In this document: positions 17,801 to 27,687 of the stretch, in pieces
Layout: each line of letters opens with the position of its first letter
How positions within the stretch are numbered: the first letter of the stretch is position 1
Assembly (NCBI GenBank): GCA_022562155.1
Contig: JADFPV010000001.1
Coordinates: forward strand, 16,508-80,507
Length of the DNA: 64,000 nt
Source of the DNA: Chloroflexota bacterium
Lineage (GTDB): Bacteria > Chloroflexota > Dehalococcoidia > DSTF01 > RBG-16-68-14
Direction: 5' to 3'
Notes under the pieces: generated by a model
Told to the model about the DNA's origin: nothing
The model's input: only the letters and a program-made list of their open reading frames with translations
Databases searched by the model: none
Position numbers and translations under genes: made by a program

Positions 17801-19029
17801 CCTCCAGATGTGTCTACAGTCTCGCTGTCTGCTGTTTCCCTACGCAAGGCCTGCTCGCCCAAGTACCAGATGCCGGCAGCCAGCATCAGAGTCAAAACGG
17901 CGAAGCCGCTCAGCACCAGGAACACGGAGTCGGTGCCCCAGCGGTCCGCGAAGAAGCCTGAGAAGCTGGCCGCGAACGATCCGATGCCGAAGGCTGCGAA
18001 GAACGAGACGCCGTAGCTACGGCCCAGCGCCTGGGGTGGTGTATAGTCGGCGATCAGCCCAGCGTAAATCGGCTGGCTGGAGAAGTTCGCGAATACAAAC
18101 AGCGAGGCGAAGAGCACCACCCAGATGCCGCTCGAAACGCCGATCAGCAGCAGCGTGGGCAGCAGCGCGAACGTTAACGGTATGGCCATGCGTTCAAGGC
18201 GGAAGCGCTCCGAAAGCGCTCCGCCGAAGAGCTGCCCAACCGCCCCGGCTAACAACGCCAGCGTTGTCAGCGAGCTGGCAAGCCACACCTCATCGAGACC
18301 GAACCAGGAAAGGCTGAGCGTGTTTTCGATGTGAACGGGCAGGAACGTCAGGCTGCCTCGATAGATGAAGCCGTTGAGTACGAACACACCGTAGACGAGC
18401 AGTAGGGGTAACGGCATGCGAAAACGGCGCGTTGCCGATCGGTCGGCCTCCTCGTTGGAAGCCGGCTCTTGGCTGGCTTCGGGACGGATGGTGACGAATC
18501 GCAGTGAGAGCGCTGCGAGCAGGCAGAGGAAGGCCATCAGCACATACGCCCAGCGCCAGCCGAACGCCTCCGCCATCCCGATCGTGATGATCGGCGCGGC
18601 CGCGATTCCGAGGTTGCCTGCCAGCCCGTGCCAGCCGAGCGCCAAGCCTCGCCGGGACGTTGCCTGCGCGATGAACGAGATGCCCGCCGGATGATAGAGC
18701 CCGATGCTCAGCCCCAGAAGACCGAGGAACAGGCCTAGCACCACAGTATTAGGCGACGTCGCGACCAGCAGCGCCGCGATCGCCGCCAGCGTGAACGCGA
18801 TCGTCAGCACGCGTTGCGTTCCGAGACGATCGACTAGGATTCCCGACGGCAGCGCGCTGAACCCGAACGTGAACGCGAATCCGTTCGCGATGATGCCCAG
18901 CACAAAGAGGCCCGCGCCGAACTCGCTGTCGATGCGCGACAGCAGCGCCGCGTAGCTGAACTCGACGGTGTGGATTAGCCCGTGCACCACGGAGATGTAC
19001 GCGACCATGCCCGATTGTTTAACCCGCAC
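17797..19029 (-). CDS. MFS transporter
   Basis: 12 predicted TM segments; GxLaDRxGrR-like loop (LVDRLGTQRV). Confidence 0.8.
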   Translation of the reverse strand: MRVKQSGMVAYISVVHGLIHTVEFSYAALLSRIDSEFGAGLFVLGIIANGFAFTFGFSALPSGILVDRLGTQRVLTIAFTLAAIAALLVATSPNTVVLGLFLGLLGLSIGLYHPAGISFIAQATSRRGLALGWHGLAGNLGIAAAPIITIGMAEAFGWRWAYVLMAFLCLLAALSLRFVTIRPEASQEPASNEEADRSATRRFRMPLPLLLVYGVFVLNGFIYRGSLTFLPVHIENTLSLSWFGLDEVWLASSLTTLALLAGAVGQLFGGALSERFRLERMAIPLTFALLPTLLLIGVSSGIWVVLFASLFVFANFSSQPIYAGLIADYTPPQALGRSYGVSFFAAFGIGSFAASFSGFFADRWGTDSVFLVLSGFAVLTLMLAAGIWYLGEQALRRETADSETVDTSGG

Positions 19030-19183
19030 GCGGATGCCCCCGGCTACGATGATGGGATGTAGCTGACTATTGCGTGCGTCAGAAGTGGTGTCAACCTAAC
19101 CGCGAGTAGAGGAGCTTCACTCCTATGCTAGAATGGAGCCCCAAAACGCCTGGCTGGCAACACCTCACTACACAGGAGCGCAC

Positions 19184-19819
19184 GTGATCCTCTCAGACCG
19201 CGATATCCGCGCCGCACTCGAATCAGGCAAGATCAGGATCGATCCCAGCGATGGTCTGGAGGACCGCATCGGGCCGGATGGCATCGACCTGCGCCTCGCC
19301 ACTACGTTCCTCGTCTTCGAGCGCAACAAGCAGGCTTATATTGATCCCCGGAAGCCGGAGTCGGCCAAGGGCACGACGCGTCAGATCGACGTCAAGCCGG
19401 GCGAGCCGTTCATCATCCACCCTCATGAACTCGTGCTCGCATCGACGATCGAGCGGCTGACCATCAGCAACGATCTGCTCGGACGGTTGGAAGGCCGCAG
19501 CAGCTTGGGGCGCCTCGGCATTATCGTGCACAGCACCGCGAGCATTTTCCATCCGGGCTGGGACGGCACTGCCACCATGGAGCTGGGCAACCTGGGCGTG
19601 ATGCCAGTGGCGCTCTACCCCCGCATGCGCATCTGCATGTTCACGTTCGAGCGGATGTCGTCACCCGTCGAGAACCCGTACGGTTCGAAGCCAAACAAGT
19701 ACCAGGGCCAGACCGGTCCGCTGCCAAGCGGCGTCTGGGACGAGTTGGACGACGAGCTGGAGCAGGATGAGCTGCAGAAGGGCAAGCAGGCAGGTCTGTT
19801 CAGGGAAGGCGGCCAGTGA
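19184..19819 (+). CDS. dcd: dCTP deaminase
   Basis: VILSDRDI N-terminus (GTG start after AGGAG); conserved IIVHSTA...GW.G...E core. Confidence 0.8.
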   Translation: MILSDRDIRAALESGKIRIDPSDGLEDRIGPDGIDLRLATTFLVFERNKQAYIDPRKPESAKGTTRQIDVKPGEPFIIHPHELVLASTIERLTISNDLLGRLEGRSSLGRLGIIVHSTASIFHPGWDGTATMELGNLGVMPVALYPRMRICMFTFERMSSPVENPYGSKPNKYQGQTGPLPSGVWDELDDELEQDELQKGKQAGLFREGGQ

Positions 19820-20988
19820 GCGACCACAACACTAAAGAGGCGGGCAAGTTTATGTCGCGGGCGTTGGCGTTGGCCCGGGAAGTGCAGGGCCGTACGAGTC
19901 CGAACCCCGCTGTCGGCGCAGTTTTTGTGAAGGATGGTCGCATCGTCGGTGAGGGCGCGACCGAGAAGCCGGGCGAACGCCACGCCGAGATCGTCGCGCT
20001 GCAGGCGGCCGGTTCGGAGGCCAACGGCGCGACGCTCTACGTCACCCTGGAGCCCTGCTGCTACCAAGGGCGCACCGCGGCCTGTACGGAAGCCATCATC
20101 GCCGCCGGCGTTGCGGATGTGCACTTCTCGCACGAGGATCCGGACTCCCACGTTTCTGGCAGGGGGAAGGCGCAGCTCGCGGAATCCGGGATACCCGTGG
20201 TCGTGGGTGAGGGCGAGGACGAGGCCCGGCGCATCAACGAAGGCTATCTGATGCATCGCACACAGGGCCGCCCGTTCGTGATCGCGAAGTTCGCTACTAG
20301 CCTCGACGGCAAGATCGCCGCGACCAGCGGCGACTCTCGCTGGGTGAGCGGCCCGGAAACGCGCGCCTGGTCGCATGAGTTGCGAACGCGCATCGATGCC
20401 ATCGCTGTCGGCGTGAGCACGGTGTTGATAGACGACCCGCAGCTAACAGCCCGTCTTGCCCCTTCGGCAGGCTCAGGGCAGGCTCCTTCGGCAGGCTCAG
20501 GCCAGGCTCAGCTGGCCGAACATCAGCCGTTGCGCATTGTCATAGACTCCAAAGGCCGCACACCTAAGGACGCCAGCGTTCTCGGGTGCGGCACGCCAAC
20601 GCTGATCGCGACGACTCGCGCCTCGCCGGAGGCGTGGCGTGCTGAGATGACGCAGGCCGGCGCTCGCGTCGAAGTCCTGCCGGACGACGGCGCGGGTCGC
20701 GTCAGCCTGCCGGCGCTGGTGAAGCACCTTGGTGAGTCTGACGTGCTGACACTGTTAGTTGAGGGCGGTGGCGTTCTGCACGGTTCATTCTTCGACGAAG
20801 GCCTCGTCGACAAGGTACATGCCGTCGTCGCGCCGCTGATCGTTGGTGGCGACGCGCCATCAGCCGTCGTCGGCCGCGGCGCCGAGCGCATGGCGGACGC
20901 GCTTCGGCTGAACGACGTTAGCGTCGAGCGTCTCGGCGACGACTTCTTGATCACCGGATACACATCCGCACGGGCGATATCAACGTAA
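19816..20988 (+). CDS. ribD: Bifunctional riboflavin biosynthesis deaminase/reductase RibD
   Basis: CMP/dCMP deaminase zinc motif HAEI...LEPCCYQGRTAAC; C-terminal RibD reductase domain. Start overlaps dcd stop (ATGA). Confidence 0.9.
   Translation: MSDHNTKEAGKFMSRALALAREVQGRTSPNPAVGAVFVKDGRIVGEGATEKPGERHAEIVALQAAGSEANGATLYVTLEPCCYQGRTAACTEAIIAAGVADVHFSHEDPDSHVSGRGKAQLAESGIPVVVGEGEDEARRINEGYLMHRTQGRPFVIAKFATSLDGKIAATSGDSRWVSGPETRAWSHELRTRIDAIAVGVSTVLIDDPQLTARLAPSAGSGQAPSAGSGQAQLAEHQPLRIVIDSKGRTPKDASVLGCGTPTLIATTRASPEAWRAEMTQAGARVEVLPDDGAGRVSLPALVKHLGESDVLTLLVEGGGVLHGSFFDEGLVDKVHAVVAPLIVGGDAPSAVVGRGAERMADALRLNDVSVERLGDDFLITGYTSARAIST
20460..20515 (+). repeat. In-frame tandem repeat inside ribD (ccttcggcaggctcagggcaggct x2; APSAGSGQ APSAGSGQ AQ)
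   Basis: Direct tandem duplication read in sequence, in the linker between RibD domains. Confidence 0.7.
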
Positions 20989-20998
20989 GGAGACGGCA

Positions 20999-21850
20999 AT
21001 GCCATTCTTCTTCAGCATAGTTCCCGAATACAAGAGGCTAGTGCACTTCCGATTCGGCCGGTTGGTGGGCGCCAAGGGGCCTGGCTTTATCTTCCCCCTA
21101 TTCCCCATTATCGACCAAGTGGTGACGGTCGATCTGCGCGAGGATGTGCTCGACGTTGAGCCGCAGACGTGCATTACGAAGGACAACGCGCCCGTCTCGG
21201 TCGACATGCTTGTTTATCTGAAGGTGGTCGAGCCGATTGAGTCGGTGGTCCAGGTCGAGAACTACATGTGGGCCGCGCGCGGCATGGCGGTTACCACGCT
21301 TCGCGCTGTCGTTGGTGACATATCCCTTGATGACGTGCTCGCCAAGCGCGACCAGATCAACCAGACGATGCAGGTCAAGCTGGACCAAGTCACCGACCGC
21401 TGGGGCGTGAAGGTCATGGCCGTCGAGATCAAGGAGATTACGCCGCCGCGTGATATCCAGGAAGCGATGAGCCGCCAGATGTCCGCCGAGCGCAACCGGC
21501 GCGCGGCCGTTCTTGACGCCGATGGCCAGGCCGAGGCCGCCGTTAAGGTGGCGGAGGGAAACCGGGCAGCGGCCATCCTGAGCGCTGAAGGCGAGAAACG
21601 ATCGGCCATCCTCCACGCTGAAGGTGGGAAAGAGGCGGCCCTGCTGGAGGCGGAAGGTCTCGCTAGCGCGCTGGAGAAGATCCACGAGGTGGGTAAGGGG
21701 CTGGACCCGAACACCATGAGCCTCCAGTATCTCGAAGTGATGCGCGCTCTCGCCGACAGCGAATCAAGCAAGTGGCTGATCCCGACGGAGCTGACGCAGT
21801 TCATTTCGAGGTTCGCCGGCCAGGTTACGGACGGCCAGGCCCAGAACTAG
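20999..21850 (+). CDS. SPFH/band-7 (stomatin/HflK/C-like) family protein
   Basis: SPFH core; C-terminal Ala/Glu-rich coiled-coil AEAAVKVAEGNRAAAILSAEGEK. Confidence 0.8.
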   Translation: MPFFFSIVPEYKRLVHFRFGRLVGAKGPGFIFPLFPIIDQVVTVDLREDVLDVEPQTCITKDNAPVSVDMLVYLKVVEPIESVVQVENYMWAARGMAVTTLRAVVGDISLDDVLAKRDQINQTMQVKLDQVTDRWGVKVMAVEIKEITPPRDIQEAMSRQMSAERNRRAAVLDADGQAEAAVKVAEGNRAAAILSAEGEKRSAILHAEGGKEAALLEAEGLASALEKIHEVGKGLDPNTMSLQYLEVMRALADSESSKWLIPTELTQFISRFAGQVTDGQAQN

Positions 21851-21852
21851 GG

Positions 21853-21921
21853 ATGTTCACCGGCATCATCGAGGAGCTAGGTACCGTCCGCGAGGCGGAG
21901 GCCGGGCTGGCATCGTTGTGA
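21853..21921 (+). pseudogene. Duplicated 5' fragment of ribE (MFTGIIEELGTVREAEAG...*)
   Basis: ~50 bp nearly identical to the true ribE start at 22950 (atgttcaccggcatcatcgaggagct.gg..gtccgcga.gcggagg); terminates after 22 codons. Confidence 0.6.
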
Positions 21922-21925
21922 GGCG

Positions 21926-22942
21926 GTGTCCGCTCCTCGGGCAGTAGGCGTGGCGGGCAATCGAGCGCCGCCTCGCAGCTTTGCGCGGTTGGTAGAGCGA
22001 CTCGAACCAGGAGGACGGCTAGTAGGAAGGCGCCGCCTGCGCGGCGGCGTCGGCGCGCGGATGGACGTGCTCGATATTGAGCGGGCGGGCGGTGCGCGGA
22101 GGAAGGTCACGCTGCGTCGCTTCCCGCGCGATAACCGTTCGTCGCAGCCGGAGCACGTCGCGCACGAGTACCACGTTCTTCAGCTCGTGGAGAAGGCCGG
22201 TATTCCAGCGCCAAGGCCGCTCCTGCTGGACGCGGAGGCAGAGCTGTTCGGCGTGCCTGCGATTGTCCTGACCTATCTGCCTGGCGCTCCTGTCTATCTG
22301 CCGCGCGACCTGTGGGCCTGGGCGGACCAGCTGGCGCGGGCGCTGCTCGCGATTCATGCAGTAACGTCGGATCGCTTCGACCTGTCGATCCTCAATATGC
22401 ACCTGCGGGATGGCGTGCGCCAGGAGCTCAAGAGGCGTTGGCCCTCCGCGAAAGAACACGGCGCGCTCGCGCGTTCGGTCCACGCGGCTCTCGTCGAAGA
22501 CATAGACCACGTCGACTGGCAGAAAGCGACCCTGGTGCACGACGATTTCTGGCCAGGCAACACGGTCTGGTATCGTGGCAAGCTCGCGGGCGTGGTCGAC
22601 TGGACGCACGCTGAGATCGGCGATCCACGCACCGACGTTTCGCAGTGCCGGATCGACCTGGCGATGATCCTCGATCTCGCGGCGGCGGAGGTCTTCCGCC
22701 AGGCCTACCAATCGAATGCGGCCATTCCCGTACCAGACATTTGGTACTTCGACCTCTTGCGCGGTCTGCGCGCGCTGTTGTCGTATGAGTTCTGGCTGCC
22801 TGGTTACCACGACGCCGGCCTCGCGCACGTTACCAAGCGTAGGGCGCGATCCAGGATCGAGGCGTTCTTGCGGGCGGCCCTTGAGGAGCGTAAGACGGTC
22901 CGGCGGGCCATGCCCAGGCGTAGGGCGAAGCGGCTACAATAG
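21926..22942 (+). CDS. APH-family phosphotransferase, inserted in rib operon
   Basis: LVHDDFWPGN (HxDxxxxN) and VVDWTHAEIGDP motifs. Confidence 0.65.
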   Translation: MSAPRAVGVAGNRAPPRSFARLVERLEPGGRLVGRRRLRGGVGARMDVLDIERAGGARRKVTLRRFPRDNRSSQPEHVAHEYHVLQLVEKAGIPAPRPLLLDAEAELFGVPAIVLTYLPGAPVYLPRDLWAWADQLARALLAIHAVTSDRFDLSILNMHLRDGVRQELKRRWPSAKEHGALARSVHAALVEDIDHVDWQKATLVHDDFWPGNTVWYRGKLAGVVDWTHAEIGDPRTDVSQCRIDLAMILDLAAAEVFRQAYQSNAAIPVPDIWYFDLLRGLRALLSYEFWLPGYHDAGLAHVTKRRARSRIEAFLRAALEERKTVRRAMPRRRAKRLQ

Positions 22943-22949
22943 CAACGTC

Positions 22950-23546
22950 ATGTTCACCGGCATCATCGAGGAGCTCGGCGTCGTCCGCGAAGCGGAGGAG
23001 GGCAAGCTCGTCATCGATGCCAAGCTCGTGCGTGGCACCAACCTGGGAGACAGCATCGCCGTGAACGGCGTCGATCTGACAGTCGGGTTCCAGGACGAGA
23101 AGGGCTTCGCGGCGAACGTGATGCCTGAATCGTACCGGCGCACGAACCTGAGCGACCTTAAGCCGGGAGATCCCGTGAACCTTGAACGTTCCCTAACGCT
23201 TGCCGATCGCCTGAGCGGCCATCTCGTGCGTGGAGTAGTCGAGGCGACGGGCACGTTGGAGTCGCTGAGGCCGGAAGCTGGTGCGATCATTGCCCGCTAC
23301 AAAGCGCCGCCGGAGATCCTTCACTATGTCATCGTCAGGGGCCCGATTACGGTCGATGGCGCTAGTCTGACCGTGATCGAGAAGACGGATGATACCTTTG
23401 CTGTTTCGCTTGTCGAGTACACACAGGAGCACACGAATCACACTCGAAAAGCCCCTGGCGATAGGATAAACTTAGAGTCCGATATCATCGCCCGCTACGT
23501 CGGGCAGCTCCTCGAGGCCTCGCAAGGCGGCGGCCACGGCTTGTGA
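22950..23546 (+). CDS. ribE: Riboflavin synthase alpha subunit
   Basis: MFTGIIEELG start; two lumazine-binding repeats. The tracked ORF's N-extension is rejected. Confidence 0.9.
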   Translation: MFTGIIEELGVVREAEEGKLVIDAKLVRGTNLGDSIAVNGVDLTVGFQDEKGFAANVMPESYRRTNLSDLKPGDPVNLERSLTLADRLSGHLVRGVVEATGTLESLRPEAGAIIARYKAPPEILHYVIVRGPITVDGASLTVIEKTDDTFAVSLVEYTQEHTNHTRKAPGDRINLESDIIARYVGQLLEASQGGGHGL

Positions 23547-23591
23547 GGAGCATAGCAGCGCGACAAGAGCGGGCTGCCAGGGAGGGGGAAC

Positions 23592-24836
23592 ATGGCCAAG
23601 AGTAAGAAGGCTTCGACGCCAGTGCTGGCGACGATCGAAGAAGCGATCGAGGAGTACCGCCAGGGTCGCTTCGTCATCATCATTGACCACGAGGACCGCG
23701 AGAACGAAGGCGACCTGACGCTGCCGGCGCAGTTTGTCGATGCGGACGCCGTCAACTTCATGGCCAAGTACGGCCGCGGCCTGATCTGCATCTCGATGAC
23801 GTCCGAACGTATCGACAAGCTTGGCATTCCGATGATGGTTGGCCGCAACGATTCGCACTTCGGCACGGCGTTCACGGTCACAGTCGAAGCCCGTTCAGGC
23901 GTCAGCACCGGTATCTCTGCCGCCGACCGCGCCCGCACCGTGGAGGTGCTGATCGACCCGAGGACGCGTCCCGAGGACGTGGTCATGCCTGGCCACATGT
24001 TCCCGCTGCGCGCTCGCGACGGTGGCGTGCTGGTGCGTGCCGGCCAAACGGAAGCCGTGGTAGACCTCTGCCGCTTGGCCGGGCTCAACCCTGCCGGTGT
24101 CTGCTGCGAGATGATGAAGGCAGACGGCACCATGGCGCGGCTGCCGGACCTCAAGCGCTTTGCCACACGGCATAAGATGAAGATCATCAGCGTTGACCAG
24201 CTCATCGCGTATCGGAAGCAGAATGAGCGCTTGATCGAGCGGTCCGAGGAGACTGTGTTGCCCACCAAGTTTGGTGAGTGGAAGGCGTATGCGTACAAGA
24301 GCCCGATCGATGCCGATGAGCATGTCGCGCTTGTGATGGGGGACATCTCGGAGGGCGGGCCGGTCCTCGTCCGCGTCCACAGCCAGTGCCTCACTAGCGA
24401 CGTCTTTGGCAGCCAACGCTGCGACTGCGGTGAGCAACTCGAGATGGCGATGGGCATGATTGCTGAGGAAGGGCGAGGCGTCATCGTCTACATGCGTCAG
24501 GAGGGCCGTGGTATCGGCCTGCACAACAAGATGCGGGCCTACGCATTGCAGGACGAAGGCCTAGACACCGTCGAGGCGAATCAGGCGCTCGGTTTTCCGG
24601 CCGACCGCCGCGACTATGGCATCGGCATGCAGATCCTCGTTGATCTCGGTGTCACGGATATCCGTCTTCTCACCAACAACCCGACCAAACGGGCGGGCCT
24701 GGAAGGCTACGGGCTGAAAATCGTCGAGCGCGTACCGATCGAAGTCGAACCGAACGCGCACAACGTCCGCTACCTGGAAACCAAGCGCACGAAGCTGGGC
24801 CACCAGCTCAATTCGCACGAGGAAGGAAGCCTCTAG
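23592..24836 (+). CDS. ribBA: Bifunctional DHBP synthase / GTP cyclohydrolase II
   Basis: RENEGDL (RibB) and CDCG..GRGIGL (RibA) motifs. Confidence 0.95.
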   Translation: MAKSKKASTPVLATIEEAIEEYRQGRFVIIIDHEDRENEGDLTLPAQFVDADAVNFMAKYGRGLICISMTSERIDKLGIPMMVGRNDSHFGTAFTVTVEARSGVSTGISAADRARTVEVLIDPRTRPEDVVMPGHMFPLRARDGGVLVRAGQTEAVVDLCRLAGLNPAGVCCEMMKADGTMARLPDLKRFATRHKMKIISVDQLIAYRKQNERLIERSEETVLPTKFGEWKAYAYKSPIDADEHVALVMGDISEGGPVLVRVHSQCLTSDVFGSQRCDCGEQLEMAMGMIAEEGRGVIVYMRQEGRGIGLHNKMRAYALQDEGLDTVEANQALGFPADRRDYGIGMQILVDLGVTDIRLLTNNPTKRAGLEGYGLKIVERVPIEVEPNAHNVRYLETKRTKLGHQLNSHEEGSL

Positions 24837-24844
24837 CGGGCGCA

Positions 24845-25315
24845 ATGGGCACGACCTATCAGGGCGATCTGGACGGAGCAGGGCTGCACATAGCCATCGC
24901 GGTGTCTCGCTTCAACGAACCCGTCACCTCAAGACTGCTCGAAGGCGCTCGCAAGGCGCTGGAGCGGCACGGTGTCGAAGACAAAAACGTTGCCGTCGCG
25001 TGGACGCCCGGGGCCTTCGAGCTGCCGCCGGTGGCTCGGGCCTTCGCGGAGTCGGGAGCGTATGATGCGGTTGTCTGCCTGGGAGCAGTGATCCGCGGCG
25101 AGACGTCCCATTTCGACTTCATTTCAGCCGAGACAGCGCGGGGGATCGGCCAAGTCTCCGCTGATACGGGTGTCCCTGTGATCTTCGGCGTTATCACGCC
25201 GAACACGCTGGAGCAGGCCCTTGATAGGGCGGGGGGCAAGGCCGACAAGGGGTATGATGCCGTTGTCAGCGCCATCGAGATGGCGAACCTGATGCGGAAG
25301 ATACGGCCTGAGTGA
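24845..25315 (+). CDS. ribH: 6,7-dimethyl-8-ribityllumazine synthase
   Basis: Canonical RibH ~155 aa; AWTPGAFELP motif. Confidence 0.95.
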   Translation: MGTTYQGDLDGAGLHIAIAVSRFNEPVTSRLLEGARKALERHGVEDKNVAVAWTPGAFELPPVARAFAESGAYDAVVCLGAVIRGETSHFDFISAETARGIGQVSADTGVPVIFGVITPNTLEQALDRAGGKADKGYDAVVSAIEMANLMRKIRPE

Positions 25316-25409
25316 CAGATCGTTCCAAGTTGCCCATAGGAAGATCGGTGGTATGCTAAAGGTCTGAGCATCCCTGCTCTCCTACCTGGCATTCTGAGGA
25401 GGTCCCGCT

Positions 25410-25835
25410 ATGACCCGCGCCGCTGAGCGCCCCACGGCCGTGGAACCTGAAGATGACATGACCGAGATGGACCAAGATGAGCTGTGGCAACATGGTGTCG
25501 AAGGCGAAGCGCCCGACAACGCGACGACCCAGGCACTCAATCTTGCTCATCGTGCAACGGAGAAGTTCCCCGAGCTGGCTAAGCGTTACAGGGCCTACGC
25601 CGGTCCTGCCGCTATCGTGTCCGGCGCGTTGATGGCACTGGCCGGTGTCGCCGTAGCGAGGCGGCTAAGGCGAGGCCAGCACCCAGATGAGATCCTCGAG
25701 CAAATCACGTCTGAGGAGATCGAACGCGCAGCCGGAGTCAGCAATCGCCAGAATCGCGTCTGGCGTATGGTGAAGCGCATCGCGCGACGCCGCTACGGTT
25801 CGAATAGCGAAACGACCACACCCTCGGACGAGTAG
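25410..25835 (+). CDS. Hypothetical protein (acidic N-terminus, one TM)
   Basis: ORF only. Confidence 0.35.
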   Translation: MTRAAERPTAVEPEDDMTEMDQDELWQHGVEGEAPDNATTQALNLAHRATEKFPELAKRYRAYAGPAAIVSGALMALAGVAVARRLRRGQHPDEILEQITSEEIERAAGVSNRQNRVWRMVKRIARRRYGSNSETTTPSDE

Positions 25836-25858
25836 TCGTCACGATAGTCCAGTAACCC

Positions 25859-26257
25859 ATGCCAAAGGAGCGCGAATCGCGCCTGCTGGCTCTTGGCGTT
25901 CGTCTGGGCATCAACGCGGCGGCACTGTGGCTTGCGGCTGAGTGGGTGAGCGGGTTCGATATCGATGGCTGGCCATCGCTGATCGCGGCGGCTGCCATCT
26001 TCGCGGCCGTGAACGCTGTTGTTAAGCCGATCGCCGACTTCGTCGGTCTGCCGGCGACGTGCCTGACCCTAGGTCTGTTTCACCTCGTCATCAACGCCGT
26101 GATGCTGGCACTCACAGCCTGGCTCGCCGGCCTGTTCGATTTCGACGTGGACATTGATGGCTTCGTGGCCGCTTTCCTGGCGGCCCTGATCGTAAGCGTC
26201 GTGAGTACTCTGCTTAGCGCATTCGTCGGACGTCCCATACGGTCGGCGTTGCGATAG
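25859..26257 (+). CDS. 4-TM membrane protein, phage holin_4_2 / mycobacterial 4TM-like
   Basis: Four hydrophobic helices; resembles PF04020-type proteins. Confidence 0.5.
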   Translation: MPKERESRLLALGVRLGINAAALWLAAEWVSGFDIDGWPSLIAAAAIFAAVNAVVKPIADFVGLPATCLTLGLFHLVINAVMLALTAWLAGLFDFDVDIDGFVAAFLAALIVSVVSTLLSAFVGRPIRSALR

Positions 26258-26353
26258 CCTCAGGTTGACAGGGTGCGGCCCCGAATTTACAATTAGCACG
26301 CATATTCTATAGCGCGAACGAGGTTCGCCTGTACGCCCAATGAGGTCGGGCCT

Positions 26354-27655
26354 ATGTCCGAGACGCCTCGAACCATCATGCACGTCGACCTCGACGCGTT
26401 CTATGTCGCGGTCGAGCAGGTTCGCGATCCAAGCCTGATCGGCAAGCCCGTCATCGTCGGCGGCGACCCCGACGGCCGGGGCGTGGCCGCGACGGCTTCC
26501 TACGAAGCCCGCGTCTTCGGCGTGCGGTCCGGCATGCCGCTCCGCACGGCCCGCCGGCTCTGTCCACAGGCGATTTTCCTACGAGGCGACTATCGTGCCT
26601 ACGGACGTGTGTCCAAGCTGTTCCACGGCATTCTCCGCGACTACTCGCCGATCGTTCAGCCGATGGGCCTTGACGAGGCTTACCTGGACCTCACGGGTTG
26701 TGAGCCGGTCGTGATGTCGCTCGCGGGCGTGAGCGAGGCCGAAGTCGCCACCCCGGAGACGCTCGGGAGCGTGGCCGGCAAATCGATTCGCCATCGGGTG
26801 CGCGAAGACCTGAAGATCGCGGCGTCAGTCGGGGTGGCCTCCGGGCGATCGGTCGCGAAGATTGCGTCAGATGCTGCCAAGCCGGATGGGTTGCTCGTCG
26901 TCCCCTTCGGCCAGGAAGCGGAGTTTCTGGAGCAGCGGCCCGTGCGCGACTTGCCCGGCCTCGGACCGAAGGCCGAGTCGGAGCTGGCGCGACAGGGAGT
27001 CCGTACGCTTGGCCAGCTCGCCGCGCTGCCGGAGTCACAACTCAGGAGCCTCTTCGGTCAGGCGGGACGGTCGCTTGCCCAGCGGGCTCGGGGGTTCGAT
27101 ACCGAGGCCGTGCCCGCTGATCGAGACCCGGCGAAGTCCGTCAGCCGCGAAGGGACCTACGCAGAGGACATCGTTGACAGGCAGGTGTTGCTCGCTACGC
27201 TCCGCGGGTTCGCCGAAAGCGTTGGCGCGGAACTTAGGCGATCGAAGATGCGCACGCGCTGCGTCACGCTGAAACTGCGGTACGGCGACTTCACGACCAT
27301 CACCCGCAGCCACACGCTTGACCGTCCGGCGTTCGCGGATGACGTGTTGTACGAGGAGACTGCGGCGCTACTCGACCGGGCGCTCGCCGAGGACGGCCGC
27401 GCGGTAAGGCTGATCGGGCTGGGGACGTCGAACTTCACCGACGACTCTGTGCAGCTCGATCTATTCAACTCGCAAGAGCAGGACGAAGAAGTACTGCTCC
27501 ACAACATCGACCGGCTACGCCAGAAATACGGTCGCCGGGTCTTGGAGACGGGGCTCACCTTTTTCGATGAGAACTCCAGCGATGAGGACTACAGCCCGGA
27601 CCGGCGGACGGGGCTTTCCTCACAGATCGGCCTCAAGAAGGAAGACGGCCGCTAG
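26354..27655 (+). CDS. dinB: DNA polymerase IV
   Basis: MHVDLDAFYVAVE, Y-family polymerase palm, HhH, little-finger domain. Confidence 0.9.
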   Translation: MSETPRTIMHVDLDAFYVAVEQVRDPSLIGKPVIVGGDPDGRGVAATASYEARVFGVRSGMPLRTARRLCPQAIFLRGDYRAYGRVSKLFHGILRDYSPIVQPMGLDEAYLDLTGCEPVVMSLAGVSEAEVATPETLGSVAGKSIRHRVREDLKIAASVGVASGRSVAKIASDAAKPDGLLVVPFGQEAEFLEQRPVRDLPGLGPKAESELARQGVRTLGQLAALPESQLRSLFGQAGRSLAQRARGFDTEAVPADRDPAKSVSREGTYAEDIVDRQVLLATLRGFAESVGAELRRSKMRTRCVTLKLRYGDFTTITRSHTLDRPAFADDVLYEETAALLDRALAEDGRAVRLIGLGTSNFTDDSVQLDLFNSQEQDEEVLLHNIDRLRQKYGRRVLETGLTFFDENSSDEDYSPDRRTGLSSQIGLKKEDGR

Positions 27656-27687
27656 CTCAGGCATCGCGATACTATAGACTGCACACC

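Noticed and set aside
19030-19183. Possible FMN (RFN) riboswitch upstream of dcd-ribD
   Set aside because: Looked for the conserved RFN core motifs and five-stem architecture; not present. The rib genes here appear to be expressed from dcd/other promoters.
22716-22949. N-terminal extension of ribE ORF
   Set aside because: The extension overlaps the APH gene 3' end in another frame. Canonical ribE starts MFTGIIEELG at 22950.
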